Below are positions 46,957-56,569 of a stretch of DNA of 64,000 nt, in pieces. Location of the stretch: the NCBI GenBank assembly GCA_963842085.1, contig CAWJET010000001.1, positions 1,472,001 through 1,536,000 on the forward strand. Reading direction: 5' to 3'. Origin of the DNA: an uncultured delta proteobacterium (lineage in GTDB: Bacteria > Desulfobacterota > Binatia > Binatales > Binataceae). Under the pieces are notes generated by a model that did no database searches, was not told where the DNA came from, and saw nothing but the letters and a program-made list of their open reading frames with translations. A program made the position numbers and the translations under genes. Positions within the stretch are counted from its first letter, which is position 1. The number at the start of each line of letters is the position of its first letter.

Positions 46957-49278
46957 GTGGCAAAAAATCTCGTGATTGTCGAATCGCCGGCAAAGGCGAA
47001 AACGATCAAGCGTTACCTCGGCGGCGATTACCAGGTCATGCCCTCGGTCGGGCACGTGGTGGACCTTCCCAAGAGCAAGCTGGGTGTCGATATAGAGCAC
47101 GATTTCACCCCGGATTTCGTCGTAATCAAGGGCAAAGAGAAGATCATCGGCGAGATCAAGAACGCCGCCAAGGGTAAGGATAACATCTTCCTGGCCAGCG
47201 ACCCCGACCGTGAAGGCGAGGCTATCGCGTGGCATATCGCCGACCATCTCGGCAAGACCAAGTCCAAGGTCAGCCGCGTGCTGCTGCATGAAATCACTGC
47301 GGCCGCCGTCAAGGAGGCGGTCGCCAATCCCTCGAAGCTCGATCACCACCTGTTCGACGCCTACCAGGCGCGCCGGGTGCTCGACCGGTTGGTTGGGTAC
47401 AAGCTCAGCCCGTTGCTGTGGGACAAGGTCAAGCGCGGGATCAGCGCGGGGCGCGTGCAGTCGGTCGCGCTCAGGATAATCGTCGACCGCGAGCGCGAGC
47501 GCGAGGCATTCCGCGCCGAAGAATACTGGACGCTCGACGCCCGCCTTTCGGGCAAAAATCCGCCGCCCTTCAAGGCGCGGCTCTACAGCTACAAAGACGA
47601 CCGCATCGACAACAAAGCGTACAAACTGCCTGAGGCGCGCGCGCGTGAGATCATCGCGGCCGTCGAGGCGGCGCCGTTCAAAGTCAAAAGCATCGAGCGC
47701 AAGGAAGTCCGCCGCAGTCCGACGCCCCCGTTCATCACTTCGCGCCTCCAGCAGGAGGCCTCGCGCAAGCTGTACTTCCAGCCGCGGCGCACGATGCAAA
47801 TAGCGCAGAAGCTGTACGAGGGCGTCGAGCTTGGCGAACAGGGCGCCGTCGGACTCATCACTTATATGCGCACCGACTCGCCGCACGTTTCGGACCAGGC
47901 GCTCGAGTCCGTCCGCAACCATATCGGCGCGCGCTACGGCAAGGAGTACATTCCCGACCAGCCGAACTTCTACAAATCCGGCAAGCAGGCGCAGGGCGCG
48001 CACGAGGCGATTCGCCCGACCGCCGTCGAGCGCGACCCCGAGTCGCTCGCGCGCTACCTCGACAAGGATGCGCTCGCGCTCTACACGCTGATTTACAATC
48101 GCTTCGTTTCGAGCCAGATGACACCGGCGGTGTACGACCGCACGACCGTGGACATCGAATCGGCCGACGCGATTTTCCGCGCGACCGGACAAGTGATGAA
48201 GTTCGACGGCTTCATGCGCGTGTATATCGAAGGCCAGGACGAACCCGGCGAAGACGAAGAAGGCACGCTGCCGCTCCTCACCGAAGGCGAGGTGCTCAAA
48301 CTGCTGGGCCTCGAGCCGGAGCAGCATTTCACACAGCCGCCCCCACGCTACACGCAGGCCACGCTCATCAAGGTGCTCGAAGAGCAGGGAATAGGCCGGC
48401 CCTCGACCTACGCCGCAATCATGACGAGCATCCTGAAGGTCGAGTACGTCGAAGAGGACGAGAGCAAGCGGATGCGTCCGACGTCGCTCGGACGGGTCGT
48501 CAACGACATGCTCGTCAAGGCGTTTCCCGACATCCTGGAATCCAGCTTCACCGCCCAGTTCGAAGAAGACCTCGACAAAGTCGCGGAGGGCACCGAGAAC
48601 TGGGTCAAGACGATGAAGCGCTTTTACGGCCCGTTCGCGAAGGACCTGGCCGACGCCAAGAAGAAAATGCCCGAGGTCAAGCGCAAGGGCCTGCCCACCG
48701 GGCTCAAGTGCGAGCTCGACGGCGGCGAAATGGTGATCAAGTGGGGGCGCAACGGCGAATTCCTCGCTTGCTCGAACTACCCCAAATGCACCAATACCGG
48801 CGAACTCGCGCGCGACGAGCAGGGGATTATCACCCTCAAGGCGCCGTCGGCGCCCGTGCCCACCGACGAAGTCTGCGAGAAATGCGGCAAGCCGATGGTC
48901 AAGCGCCGCTCGCGCTTCGGCGAATTCCTTGGATGCTCCGGGTATCCGGACTGCGACGGAATCAAGCGCCTCCAATCCGAACCGGTCAAGACCGGAGTGG
49001 CGTGCCCGGAATGCAAAGAGGGCGAAATCCTCGAACGTCGCAGCCGCCGCGGAAAAATCTTCTACGGATGCGGCCGCTATCCGAAATGCAAGTTCGCGGC
49101 GTGGAACAAGGTCGTCCCGCATCCATGCCCGTCCTGCGGCGCGAGCTACATGGTCGAGAAAGACTTGAAGCGCACCGGCATCACCTGGCAATGCGCCAAC
49201 AAGGAATGCGGCTACAAGGCTCCCGCGCCCATCGCAGCGCAGCCCGAGCCGGCGCCGGCCTCGACACCGCCTGCGTAG
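46957..49278 (+). CDS. topA: DNA topoisomerase I
   Basis: VESPAK, DPDREGE and ITYMRTD motifs; C-terminal Zn ribbons. Confidence 0.97.
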   Translation: MAKNLVIVESPAKAKTIKRYLGGDYQVMPSVGHVVDLPKSKLGVDIEHDFTPDFVVIKGKEKIIGEIKNAAKGKDNIFLASDPDREGEAIAWHIADHLGKTKSKVSRVLLHEITAAAVKEAVANPSKLDHHLFDAYQARRVLDRLVGYKLSPLLWDKVKRGISAGRVQSVALRIIVDREREREAFRAEEYWTLDARLSGKNPPPFKARLYSYKDDRIDNKAYKLPEARAREIIAAVEAAPFKVKSIERKEVRRSPTPPFITSRLQQEASRKLYFQPRRTMQIAQKLYEGVELGEQGAVGLITYMRTDSPHVSDQALESVRNHIGARYGKEYIPDQPNFYKSGKQAQGAHEAIRPTAVERDPESLARYLDKDALALYTLIYNRFVSSQMTPAVYDRTTVDIESADAIFRATGQVMKFDGFMRVYIEGQDEPGEDEEGTLPLLTEGEVLKLLGLEPEQHFTQPPPRYTQATLIKVLEEQGIGRPSTYAAIMTSILKVEYVEEDESKRMRPTSLGRVVNDMLVKAFPDILESSFTAQFEEDLDKVAEGTENWVKTMKRFYGPFAKDLADAKKKMPEVKRKGLPTGLKCELDGGEMVIKWGRNGEFLACSNYPKCTNTGELARDEQGIITLKAPSAPVPTDEVCEKCGKPMVKRRSRFGEFLGCSGYPDCDGIKRLQSEPVKTGVACPECKEGEILERRSRRGKIFYGCGRYPKCKFAAWNKVVPHPCPSCGASYMVEKDLKRTGITWQCANKECGYKAPAPIAAQPEPAPASTPPA

Positions 49279-49312
49279 CGCCTCCATTCCCTCGCGCGCT
49301 GCCCGGCGCGAA

Positions 49313-50569
49313 TCAAGACGCCCGCATCTTAGCCGACATCTCTGCGAGCCGCCGCCGCAAAAATCGCCGCTGCGGAGCGCTGCCCACTCGCGCCAGCGCC
49401 GCGCGGTACGACTCGGCCGCCTCGCTCCATCTCCTGAGCCGCCGCAGCAAGTCCGCGCGCGCCGACCACATCAGGTAATATTCGAGAAGTTCGCCGGTGG
49501 CCGCGATCGCATCGATCAATTCGAGACCGGCCGCTGGACCGTCGGCCATCGCGATCGCGACCGCGCGATTCAACTCGATCACCGGCGAGGGGCGGATTGC
49601 GCTGAGGCGTGCGTAGAGATTCGCGATCGCGCGCCAGTCCGTCCTGTCTGCGCGTTCAGCCCGCGAATGAACCGCCGCAATCGCCGATTGAATTGCATAC
49701 GGCCCGTGTGGGTTGGCGCTAATCGCAGCCTCCGAATGAGCCAGCCCTTCGGCGATTTGCGCGCGATCCCATTGCGCACGATCCTGCTCCTCGAGCAACA
49801 CCAGTTCGCCGCCAGCGTCGATTCGCGCGTCCCGCCGCGCGTCATGCAGCAGCATCATCGCCAGCAATCCGCGCGGCTCGGCTTCGGTCGGCATCAGCGC
49901 GACCAGCATCCGGCCCAGCCGAATCGCCTCCGCACAGAGATCGGTTCTCAGCAAGCGCTCGCCGGAGCTCGCCGCGTAACCCTCGTTGAAAACCAGGTAG
50001 ATTACCGCCATCACGGCGTCCAGTCGCTCCGCCAACAACTCCGGCGACGGCACCTCGTAAGGAATCCTCGCTGCGCGGATCTTGCGTTTGGCGCGCACCA
50101 GCCGCTGCGCCATTGTCGCCGGCGCCGTCAGGAACGCGCGCGCGATTTCCTCGGTCGTGAGCCCGCAGAGCGTGCGCAGCGACAGCGCCACGCGCGCATC
50201 GTCGGCCAGCGCCGGATGACAACACGTGAAGATGAGCCGGAGACGCTCGTCGGGCAACGCGCCTGCCCCATCGATCTCTCCGTCGTCGCCGCCGCTCTCT
50301 GCCATACGGATCAATTCCTCGCGGCGGTCGTTGAACCGGCCCTGCCTTCGCAATCGATCGATCGCCTTGTGGCGCGCGACGCCGGTGATCCACGCGCGCG
50401 GATTGTCGGGCAGTCCATCGCGAGGCCATTGCTCGACGGCGCTGGCAAAGGCATCCTGCGCCGCGTCTTCCGCCAGGTCGAAATCGCCACGCACGCGAAT
50501 GAGCGTGGCGAGTATTCGCCCGAACTCCTCGCGATAGAAACGCTCGATGCCGGCGGCGGTGTTGTCCAT
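49313..50569 (-). CDS. ECF42-type sigma factor with a TPR extension
   Basis: Sigma regions 2/4, [10 protein letters not shown] and YLVFNEGY; C-terminal TPR; DGPF neighbour. Confidence 0.9.
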   Translation of the reverse strand: MDNTAAGIERFYREEFGRILATLIRVRGDFDLAEDAAQDAFASAVEQWPRDGLPDNPRAWITGVARHKAIDRLRRQGRFNDRREELIRMAESGGDDGEIDGAGALPDERLRLIFTCCHPALADDARVALSLRTLCGLTTEEIARAFLTAPATMAQRLVRAKRKIRAARIPYEVPSPELLAERLDAVMAVIYLVFNEGYAASSGERLLRTDLCAEAIRLGRMLVALMPTEAEPRGLLAMMLLHDARRDARIDAGGELVLLEEQDRAQWDRAQIAEGLAHSEAAISANPHGPYAIQSAIAAVHSRAERADRTDWRAIANLYARLSAIRPSPVIELNRAVAIAMADGPAAGLELIDAIAATGELLEYYLMWSARADLLRRLRRWSEAAESYRAALARVGSAPQRRFLRRRLAEMSAKMRAS

Positions 50570-50644
50570 CGGCAAATCTGCCCCGATGGCAGGCTAGCCG
50601 CCCGCCGCTCTTGCCGCTACCACGAAGCTTCTCGGGCGCGCAGG

Positions 50645-50998
50645 CTACATGTTGATCTTCATCACCGGGCGCACTTCGATCGATCCGTGCTTTGCACCGG
50701 GAATCCGCGCTGCGATCGAAATCGCCTCGTCGAGGTCTTTCGCCTCGACCAGGTAATATCCGCCGAGTTGCTCCTTGGTCTCCGCGAACGGCCCGTCCGT
50801 CACCGCGGTCTTGCCGTTGCGCACGCGAACTGTGGTGGCTGTCGCGCTAGGTTCGAGCGGGGCGCCGCCCTTGTTCTTCCCGCTCTTGGTCAAATCCTGC
50901 GTGAAGGTCATATACTCCTGGAAGAGCTGCTGGCCTTCCGCTTCCGACCGCTTCTTTCCCTCTGCCTCGCTGCCGTAGATCAGAAGCATGTATTCCAT
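50645..50998 (-). CDS. YciI/DGPF family protein
   Basis: DGPFAETKEQLGGYY and IEVRP motifs. Confidence 0.93.
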   Translation of the reverse strand: MEYMLLIYGSEAEGKKRSEAEGQQLFQEYMTFTQDLTKSGKNKGGAPLEPSATATTVRVRNGKTAVTDGPFAETKEQLGGYYLVEAKDLDEAISIAARIPGAKHGSIEVRPVMKINM

Positions 50999-51039
50999 TG
51001 GTTTCCTCCTTGTTGCCCATTGGGGGGTCTTCGCTAATT

Positions 51040-51067
51040 AGTCGAACGGCGATACGCAGGATCGACA
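51040..51067 (-). promoter_or_regulatory. Putative ECF42-dependent autoregulated promoter
   Basis: TGTCGA-N17-CGACT upstream of the yciI-sigma operon, like the described ECF42 motif. Confidence 0.65.
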
Positions 51068-51124
51068 CCCCGGTTTACACGACCACCGAAAAACGCCACG
51101 ATCACGTTTCGCCGCATCTGCGCC

Positions 51125-52474
51125 ATGAATGAAAGCCAGGTAACCGTTGTCGGAGCGGGACTTGCGGGCAGCGAGGCTGCCTTCCAGCTCGCGCGGAGGG
51201 GTATTGCGGTGCGGCTGGTCGAGATGCGGCCGGCCAAGACGACCGCGGCGCATCGGACGGCGGATTTTGCGGAACTCGTGTGCTCCAATTCGCTGCGCAA
51301 CGATTCGATGGAGACCGCGGTCGGCGTGCTGAAAGAAGAGATGCGCCGGCTTGGCTCGCTCGTGATTGCGGCGGCGGATCGCGCGCGCGTGCCGGCCGGT
51401 TCCGCGCTCGCCGTCGATCGCAACGATTTCTCGCGCGCTATCACCGCGGCGCTCGAGGATCATCCGATGGTGGAGATTGCACGCACTGAGGCGTCGGAGA
51501 TACCGGCCGGGTTGACGATCCTCGCTACCGGTCCTCTCACCAGCCCGGACCTCGGCGACGCGCTGAATCGGCTGATCGGCCCGCGCAACCTGTATTTCTA
51601 CGACGCGATCGCGCCTATCGTCGCCGCCGATTCGATCGACATGAACGTGGCGTTCAAGGCCTCGCGCTATGGCAAAGGCGGCGACGATTACATCAACTGC
51701 CCGATGACCGAGGCTCAGTACGAGGCCTTCGTCGCTGCGGTCGTCGCGGCTGAGAAAATCGAGCTGCACCCATTCGAGAAGCCGGTTTATTTCGAAGGCT
51801 GCATGCCGATAGAGGAGATGGCGCGTCGCGGCCCGATGACGCTCGCATTTGGCCCGATGCGTCCGGTCGGGCTCTCAGAGCCACACAGCGGACGCCGTCC
51901 GTTTGCGGTCGTGCAGCTCAGGCAGGACGACGCCGCTGGCCGACTCTACAACATGGTCGGCTTCCAGACCAAGATGACGTATCCTGAGCAGCGCCGCGTG
52001 CTGCGAATGATCCCCGGACTGGAAAAGGCGCAGTTCGTGCGCCTCGGCTCGCTCCATCGCAACACGTTTGTCGATTCGCCGCGCCTGCTCCGTCCCACGC
52101 TCCAACTCAAGCTGCGCGACGATTTGTTTTTGGCCGGCCAGATGGTCGGAGTGGAAGGCTACGTCGAGTCTGCGGCCGCCGGATTGCTCGCCGGAATCAA
52201 CGCCGCGAACCTGGCGATGAATCGCGAATTGGTCGTTCCGCCGTCCGAGACCGCGCTCGGCTCGATCGTCGCGTACATTACCGATCCCGCGCGGCGCGAC
52301 TTTCAACCGATGAACGCGAACTACGGCCTGATGCCCGAACTGAAGATTCACGCGCGCGGCCGTCACAAGAAGATCGAGAGGGCTGCGCGTGCGCTGGCGG
52401 CGCTCGACGAGTGGATCGAGCGCAATCAAATCGAGCCTCCTCCGGCTATGGCAATGCGCGCAGTTCGGCTATAG
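51125..52474 (+). CDS. trmFO: Folate/FAD-dependent tRNA m5U54 methyltransferase
   Basis: GAGLAGSEAA, ELVCSNS, FYDAIAP and GVEGY motifs. Confidence 0.96.
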   Translation: MNESQVTVVGAGLAGSEAAFQLARRGIAVRLVEMRPAKTTAAHRTADFAELVCSNSLRNDSMETAVGVLKEEMRRLGSLVIAAADRARVPAGSALAVDRNDFSRAITAALEDHPMVEIARTEASEIPAGLTILATGPLTSPDLGDALNRLIGPRNLYFYDAIAPIVAADSIDMNVAFKASRYGKGGDDYINCPMTEAQYEAFVAAVVAAEKIELHPFEKPVYFEGCMPIEEMARRGPMTLAFGPMRPVGLSEPHSGRRPFAVVQLRQDDAAGRLYNMVGFQTKMTYPEQRRVLRMIPGLEKAQFVRLGSLHRNTFVDSPRLLRPTLQLKLRDDLFLAGQMVGVEGYVESAAAGLLAGINAANLAMNRELVVPPSETALGSIVAYITDPARRDFQPMNANYGLMPELKIHARGRHKKIERAARALAALDEWIERNQIEPPPAMAMRAVRL

Positions 52475-52497
52475 AAAATCGCTGGAGGTCCCCGTCG

Positions 52498-52767
52498 ATG
52501 ACCAAAGCGGAATTGATTGATACCATCGCCAAGTCCACCGATCAGCCCAAGAAGTTGGTCGCCACCACCCTGGACCTCGCCTTCGAACAAATTGCGCGCT
52601 CGATTCGCAAGGACAAGCGTTTCTGGGTGCCCGGCTTCGGCACTTTTTCCGTGCGCCGGCGCCGCGCCCGCGCCGGTTTCAATCCGCGCACCAACGCACC
52701 AATGACCATTCCGGCGGCCCGCACCGTGGGCTTTCGCCCGGCGCCGCAGCTAAGGAAGGGTCTCTGA
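52498..52767 (+). CDS. HU/IHF family DNA-binding protein
   Basis: MTKAELI, GFGTF and NPRT motifs. Confidence 0.92.
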   Translation: MTKAELIDTIAKSTDQPKKLVATTLDLAFEQIARSIRKDKRFWVPGFGTFSVRRRRARAGFNPRTNAPMTIPAARTVGFRPAPQLRKGL

Positions 52768-52790
52768 CGACGACCGCCTCCAAAGCCGGC

Positions 52791-54233
52791 GTGCGCGATC
52801 AACCTCGCCATCGCCCGCCCGATCAAACGACTTCCCGCCCGATCATCTCGGCCCGTGCGCTGAGTTTCCTCCTGCTCATCGTCGCCTTGGTTGCGGGCGG
52901 CGCATTACGCTTCTCCGGTCTCGGCGCGCTCGAGATGTCGCCCGACGAGGGTGCGTCGTGGGCGGCAGCCTCGGCACCGACCGTCGCCCAAGTGATCGCA
53001 CGCCAACCGGCGCTCAATCCGGGCGAGTTGCCGATACACGACTTGATACTGCACGGCTGGATCGCGCTTTTCGGCTCGAGCATGGCTGCGATGCGCGCGC
53101 TGTCGGCTGCCTTCGGCGTCGCGTCGATACTGCTGGTCTATCTTGTCGTCCGCGAACTATTCGAGGAGTCCGCGCTGACCGGCGACGACGTCAGAACAGT
53201 CGCGGGGCTCAGCGCTCTGGTCTTCGCGGTGAACCTCGTCACGCTCAAGTACTCGCGCGAGGCGCGGATGTATCCGCTGATGCTCGCGGCGATTCTCGCG
53301 CAAGTGGCGATGTTTCTCCGCGCGCTTCGCGTCGGCGGCGTTGTCAACTACGCGGCGTTGGTAGTGCTTACAGCAATCGCCATTGCCTCGAACTTCGCGG
53401 CCGTGCTGATCCCCGCGACCGAGGGCCTGTGGCTGCTGTATCTGGTAGCGCGCGCGGGATGGCGACTGAACAATGCGAGGGCGCGGCGCGCGTGGGTGCT
53501 CGCGGCTGTCCTCGCGGCGGGAGGATTGATTCTCGTACCGAAACTTTTTTCGTCTCTGCACGCGGCTTCGGCTGGGACCGTAGGCGCATGGCGCAAGGCG
53601 CCCGCCTTTTACGCGCCCTTCGCGCTATTCAACAAGGCTACAGGCAGCTTCGCATTCCCGATCCTCGCGACGCTTGCGCTTTGGGGCGCGGTACGCGGAT
53701 GGCGCCGCGGCGCGCGCGACGCGATCGCCCTGGCGATCCTCCTGATGTGGGCGCCGCCGATTCTGATGCTGGCAGCGTCGTACGCGATTGCGCCGGTGTT
53801 CGTCGAGCGTTACGCGCTATGGTGCTTCGTTCCGTTTTTTATTCTCGTCGCGTTGGGAATATTCGAGTGCCCTGGCGATCTCGTCCGCGGCGCGACGCTG
53901 CTGCTCGTGCTATCATTCTCGGCCGGCCATATCGTCTCGTACGATCGCAAGCCGCACGACGCGCAGTATCGCGAAGCAATTGCGGCGGCTGATTCCGCGC
54001 TCAAGCCCGGTGAGGTCATGACTGTTGTTCCTTCGTATGCGATCGAAGTGCTGCGGTACTATCTTCCGGCCGATCAACAGGACAAAGCCGTTCGCTATGA
54101 CCCGTCCGCATCGACCGCAGCGGTGTTGATTCTTGGCGATCAGAACCTCGCGCCAGGCGCCGCCCAATCATATAGAAAGGAATATCCGAATGTGGTCGCG
54201 CGGCTGCGCGGCGTAACGGTGCGGCGAAGGTGA
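52791..54233 (+). CDS. GT-C (PMT/GT39/ArnT-like) glycosyltransferase
   Basis: DE motif after TM1, R.LSA.FG and SREARMY; many TM segments. Confidence 0.75.
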   Translation: MRDQPRHRPPDQTTSRPIISARALSFLLLIVALVAGGALRFSGLGALEMSPDEGASWAAASAPTVAQVIARQPALNPGELPIHDLILHGWIALFGSSMAAMRALSAAFGVASILLVYLVVRELFEESALTGDDVRTVAGLSALVFAVNLVTLKYSREARMYPLMLAAILAQVAMFLRALRVGGVVNYAALVVLTAIAIASNFAAVLIPATEGLWLLYLVARAGWRLNNARARRAWVLAAVLAAGGLILVPKLFSSLHAASAGTVGAWRKAPAFYAPFALFNKATGSFAFPILATLALWGAVRGWRRGARDAIALAILLMWAPPILMLAASYAIAPVFVERYALWCFVPFFILVALGIFECPGDLVRGATLLLVLSFSAGHIVSYDRKPHDAQYREAIAAADSALKPGEVMTVVPSYAIEVLRYYLPADQQDKAVRYDPSASTAAVLILGDQNLAPGAAQSYRKEYPNVVARLRGVTVRRR

Positions 54234-54240
54234 AACTGCG

Positions 54241-55095
54241 ATGAGCGATCAGACGCCTGACGATTTGAAAATGAAAAGCCAGCAGAAGGCGGCGTGGAAC
54301 GACACCGCCGAGGGATGGAAACGATGGTGGCCCACGTTCGAGCGCGCCGCGCAGATCGTCAACGATCGGCTGGTCGAGCTGGCGGGTGTGCGCGCCGGCA
54401 GTCGCGTCCTCGATATCGCGACCGGCAGCGGCGAGCCCGCTCTGACCGCGGCCCGCGCCGTCGGACAATCGGGACGAGTCGTCGCCGTGGACATGTCGCC
54501 GGAAATGCTCGCGATCGCGCGGGAGCGTATCGACGCGGCGGGCTTGCGCAATGTCGAGCTGGTCGAGTCGGATGCCGAGGCGCTCAAGCTCGACGCTAAT
54601 TCGTTTGATGCCGCGCTATGCCGATGGGGTCTCATGTTCATGCCTGACCTCGATGGCTTGGTGCGCGGACTGCATCGCGCTCTCAAGCCGGACGGACGCT
54701 TCGCTACAGCCGTCTGGTCGGTCGCGGACAAGGTGCCGATGTGCGGTCTCGCGCGCGACGCGATACGCCGGATTACCGGGATCGTGCCGCCGCCAAACGC
54801 GCCCGATCCGACCAGGCTCGCGGACCCCTCGATCCTCGAGCGCGCGCTGGCCGGAGCCGGCTTTCGCGATGTAACCATCGAACGCCTGATCGTAACGTTC
54901 GAATTTCCGTCGCCGGACGCATTCGCGGACTTCCGCGGCCAGATAGGCGGCACCCGCGCGACGCTCGCGAAAATGCCCGCCGACGTCGCCCGCCAGGTGC
55001 GCGACGCAGTCGTAACCGCGGCACGCGAATACGCAACGCCCGGCGGCGTCGTGCGGCTCAGCAACGAGACCATCTGCTTCGCCGCGCACGCATAA
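54241..55095 (+). CDS. Class I SAM-dependent methyltransferase
   Basis: VLDIATGSG and LKPDGR motifs. Confidence 0.88.
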   Translation: MSDQTPDDLKMKSQQKAAWNDTAEGWKRWWPTFERAAQIVNDRLVELAGVRAGSRVLDIATGSGEPALTAARAVGQSGRVVAVDMSPEMLAIARERIDAAGLRNVELVESDAEALKLDANSFDAALCRWGLMFMPDLDGLVRGLHRALKPDGRFATAVWSVADKVPMCGLARDAIRRITGIVPPPNAPDPTRLADPSILERALAGAGFRDVTIERLIVTFEFPSPDAFADFRGQIGGTRATLAKMPADVARQVRDAVVTAAREYATPGGVVRLSNETICFAAHA

Positions 55096-55268
55096 CGGGA
55101 TGCCACGATGACCGCCGGAATCCTGACGGTTTGAAAATGAAACCAGCAGGTGAGCTCGTGCTCCGCGGACTCTGCGAACCCTCTTTATTGAAAGCCCAGG
55201 GTCGGGCTAAGCTGAACCATCTCGTTAGGTCTCTTCGTTCGCTTGGGGGTGATGCCGGGTTGGTGAAG

Positions 55269-56569
55269 ATGAAGGCAGAGATCAACGACGCTCCTGCATC
55301 GGGTCTGGGCAGCCCCGGCCCGAACGGCTTTTCATCTCCAAACCGGCCCCGGGCGCGGGCTTTCGTCGACGCGTTCAGAGAGGCCCGTTGGATCAACCCG
55401 AGCGCGTCCGTGTCTACCCAAGGATGCTCTGCGCGTGCTACCTCGTGGTGTTCGTCATATGGCTGGTACTGAGACCGGGCGGAGTCATGGAGAAGTTTCA
55501 TCCGGTCGGTGGCGACTTTCCGCCGTTCTGGGCGGCTTCCTCCGTGGCGGTCCAGGGACGTCCTGCGGCGGTCTACGACCACGCGACGCTGGCGGCTGCC
55601 GAGATGGCGACGCTAGGCGACAAAGCTCCAGGGTACCAGCCTTTCGACTATCCACCCGTGTTCCTCGCAATCGTGCTCCCGCTCTCGCTGCTCCCCTATA
55701 ACGGCTCGCTGATCGTCTGGACGTTGGTCGGGCTGACGGCGTATCTGATCGTGATGTGGAAGATCGCGCCTCGGCGCGACGCGCTGTGGCTGGCTCTCGC
55801 ATTCCCCGCCACACTGCTAATGATTCTCGACGGACAGAACGGTCTGATAACCGTGGCACTGTTCGGCGGCGGATTGCTGCTGCTCGAACGCCGCCCCTGG
55901 ATCGCAGGCGCGCTGTTCGGACTCCTCTGTTACAAGCCGCAGTTCGGCATCCTGTTACCGCTGGTCTTCTTGGCGGCTCGCCAGTGGCGAGCTGCTGCCG
56001 GCGCGGCGCTGGCAGTTACCGCGTTCGCGGGACTCTCGGTCGCGCTGTTCGGAGTGCAGACCTGGCGAGGGTTCCTCGACAGCATCCCGGTAACGACCCA
56101 CAGCATGCTGGTGCAGGGTAACGTCGGCTTCGGCAAGATTCAGAGCATCTTCGGCGCGGCGCGACTGTGGGGCGCATCGGTCGCGGTGGCTTACGCGATG
56201 CAAGCGGCGGTCAGCTTGCTCACCGCGGGCGCGGTGCTGTGGATCTGGCTCAAACCCAGTGGATTTCCAGTCAAAGCCGCCGCGTTAGCCGTTGGAACAT
56301 TGCTGGTCACGCCGTACTTCGTCGACTACGACCTGGTACTGCTGGCGCTGCCGATCGCATGGCTGTCGTGGGACGCCATGCACTCGGTGTTCCTCCCATG
56401 GGAGAAATCGATCCTGTTTCTCGCGTGGTTGTTTCCACTGTTCGCGCGAGTGCTGAGCATGTTCGCGTCGCTGCCGCTGACGCCATTGGTCCTCGCGCTG
56501 CTGATGCTTGCCATCGGGCGGCGCGGTGCGATGCTGTCGAAGCTGCCCGCTGAAGTTGCCACACGATGA
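55269..56569 (+). CDS. GT87/DUF2029 glycosyltransferase, apparent frameshift at ~55398
   Basis: GGDF..FW, YPP, GQNG, KPQFG and YDL motifs; the N-terminus (..WINP) joins ERVRVYPR only if one base is added. Confidence 0.75.

Noticed and set aside
46954-49287. 777-aa antisense ORF over topA (likewise 37559-39187, 28249-29490 and others)
   Set aside because: Shadow frames expected from high-GC codon bias; no recognisable motifs
55096-55268. Riboswitch upstream of the GT87 gene
   Set aside because: Some hairpin potential but no recognisable consensus; an Rfam scan would be needed
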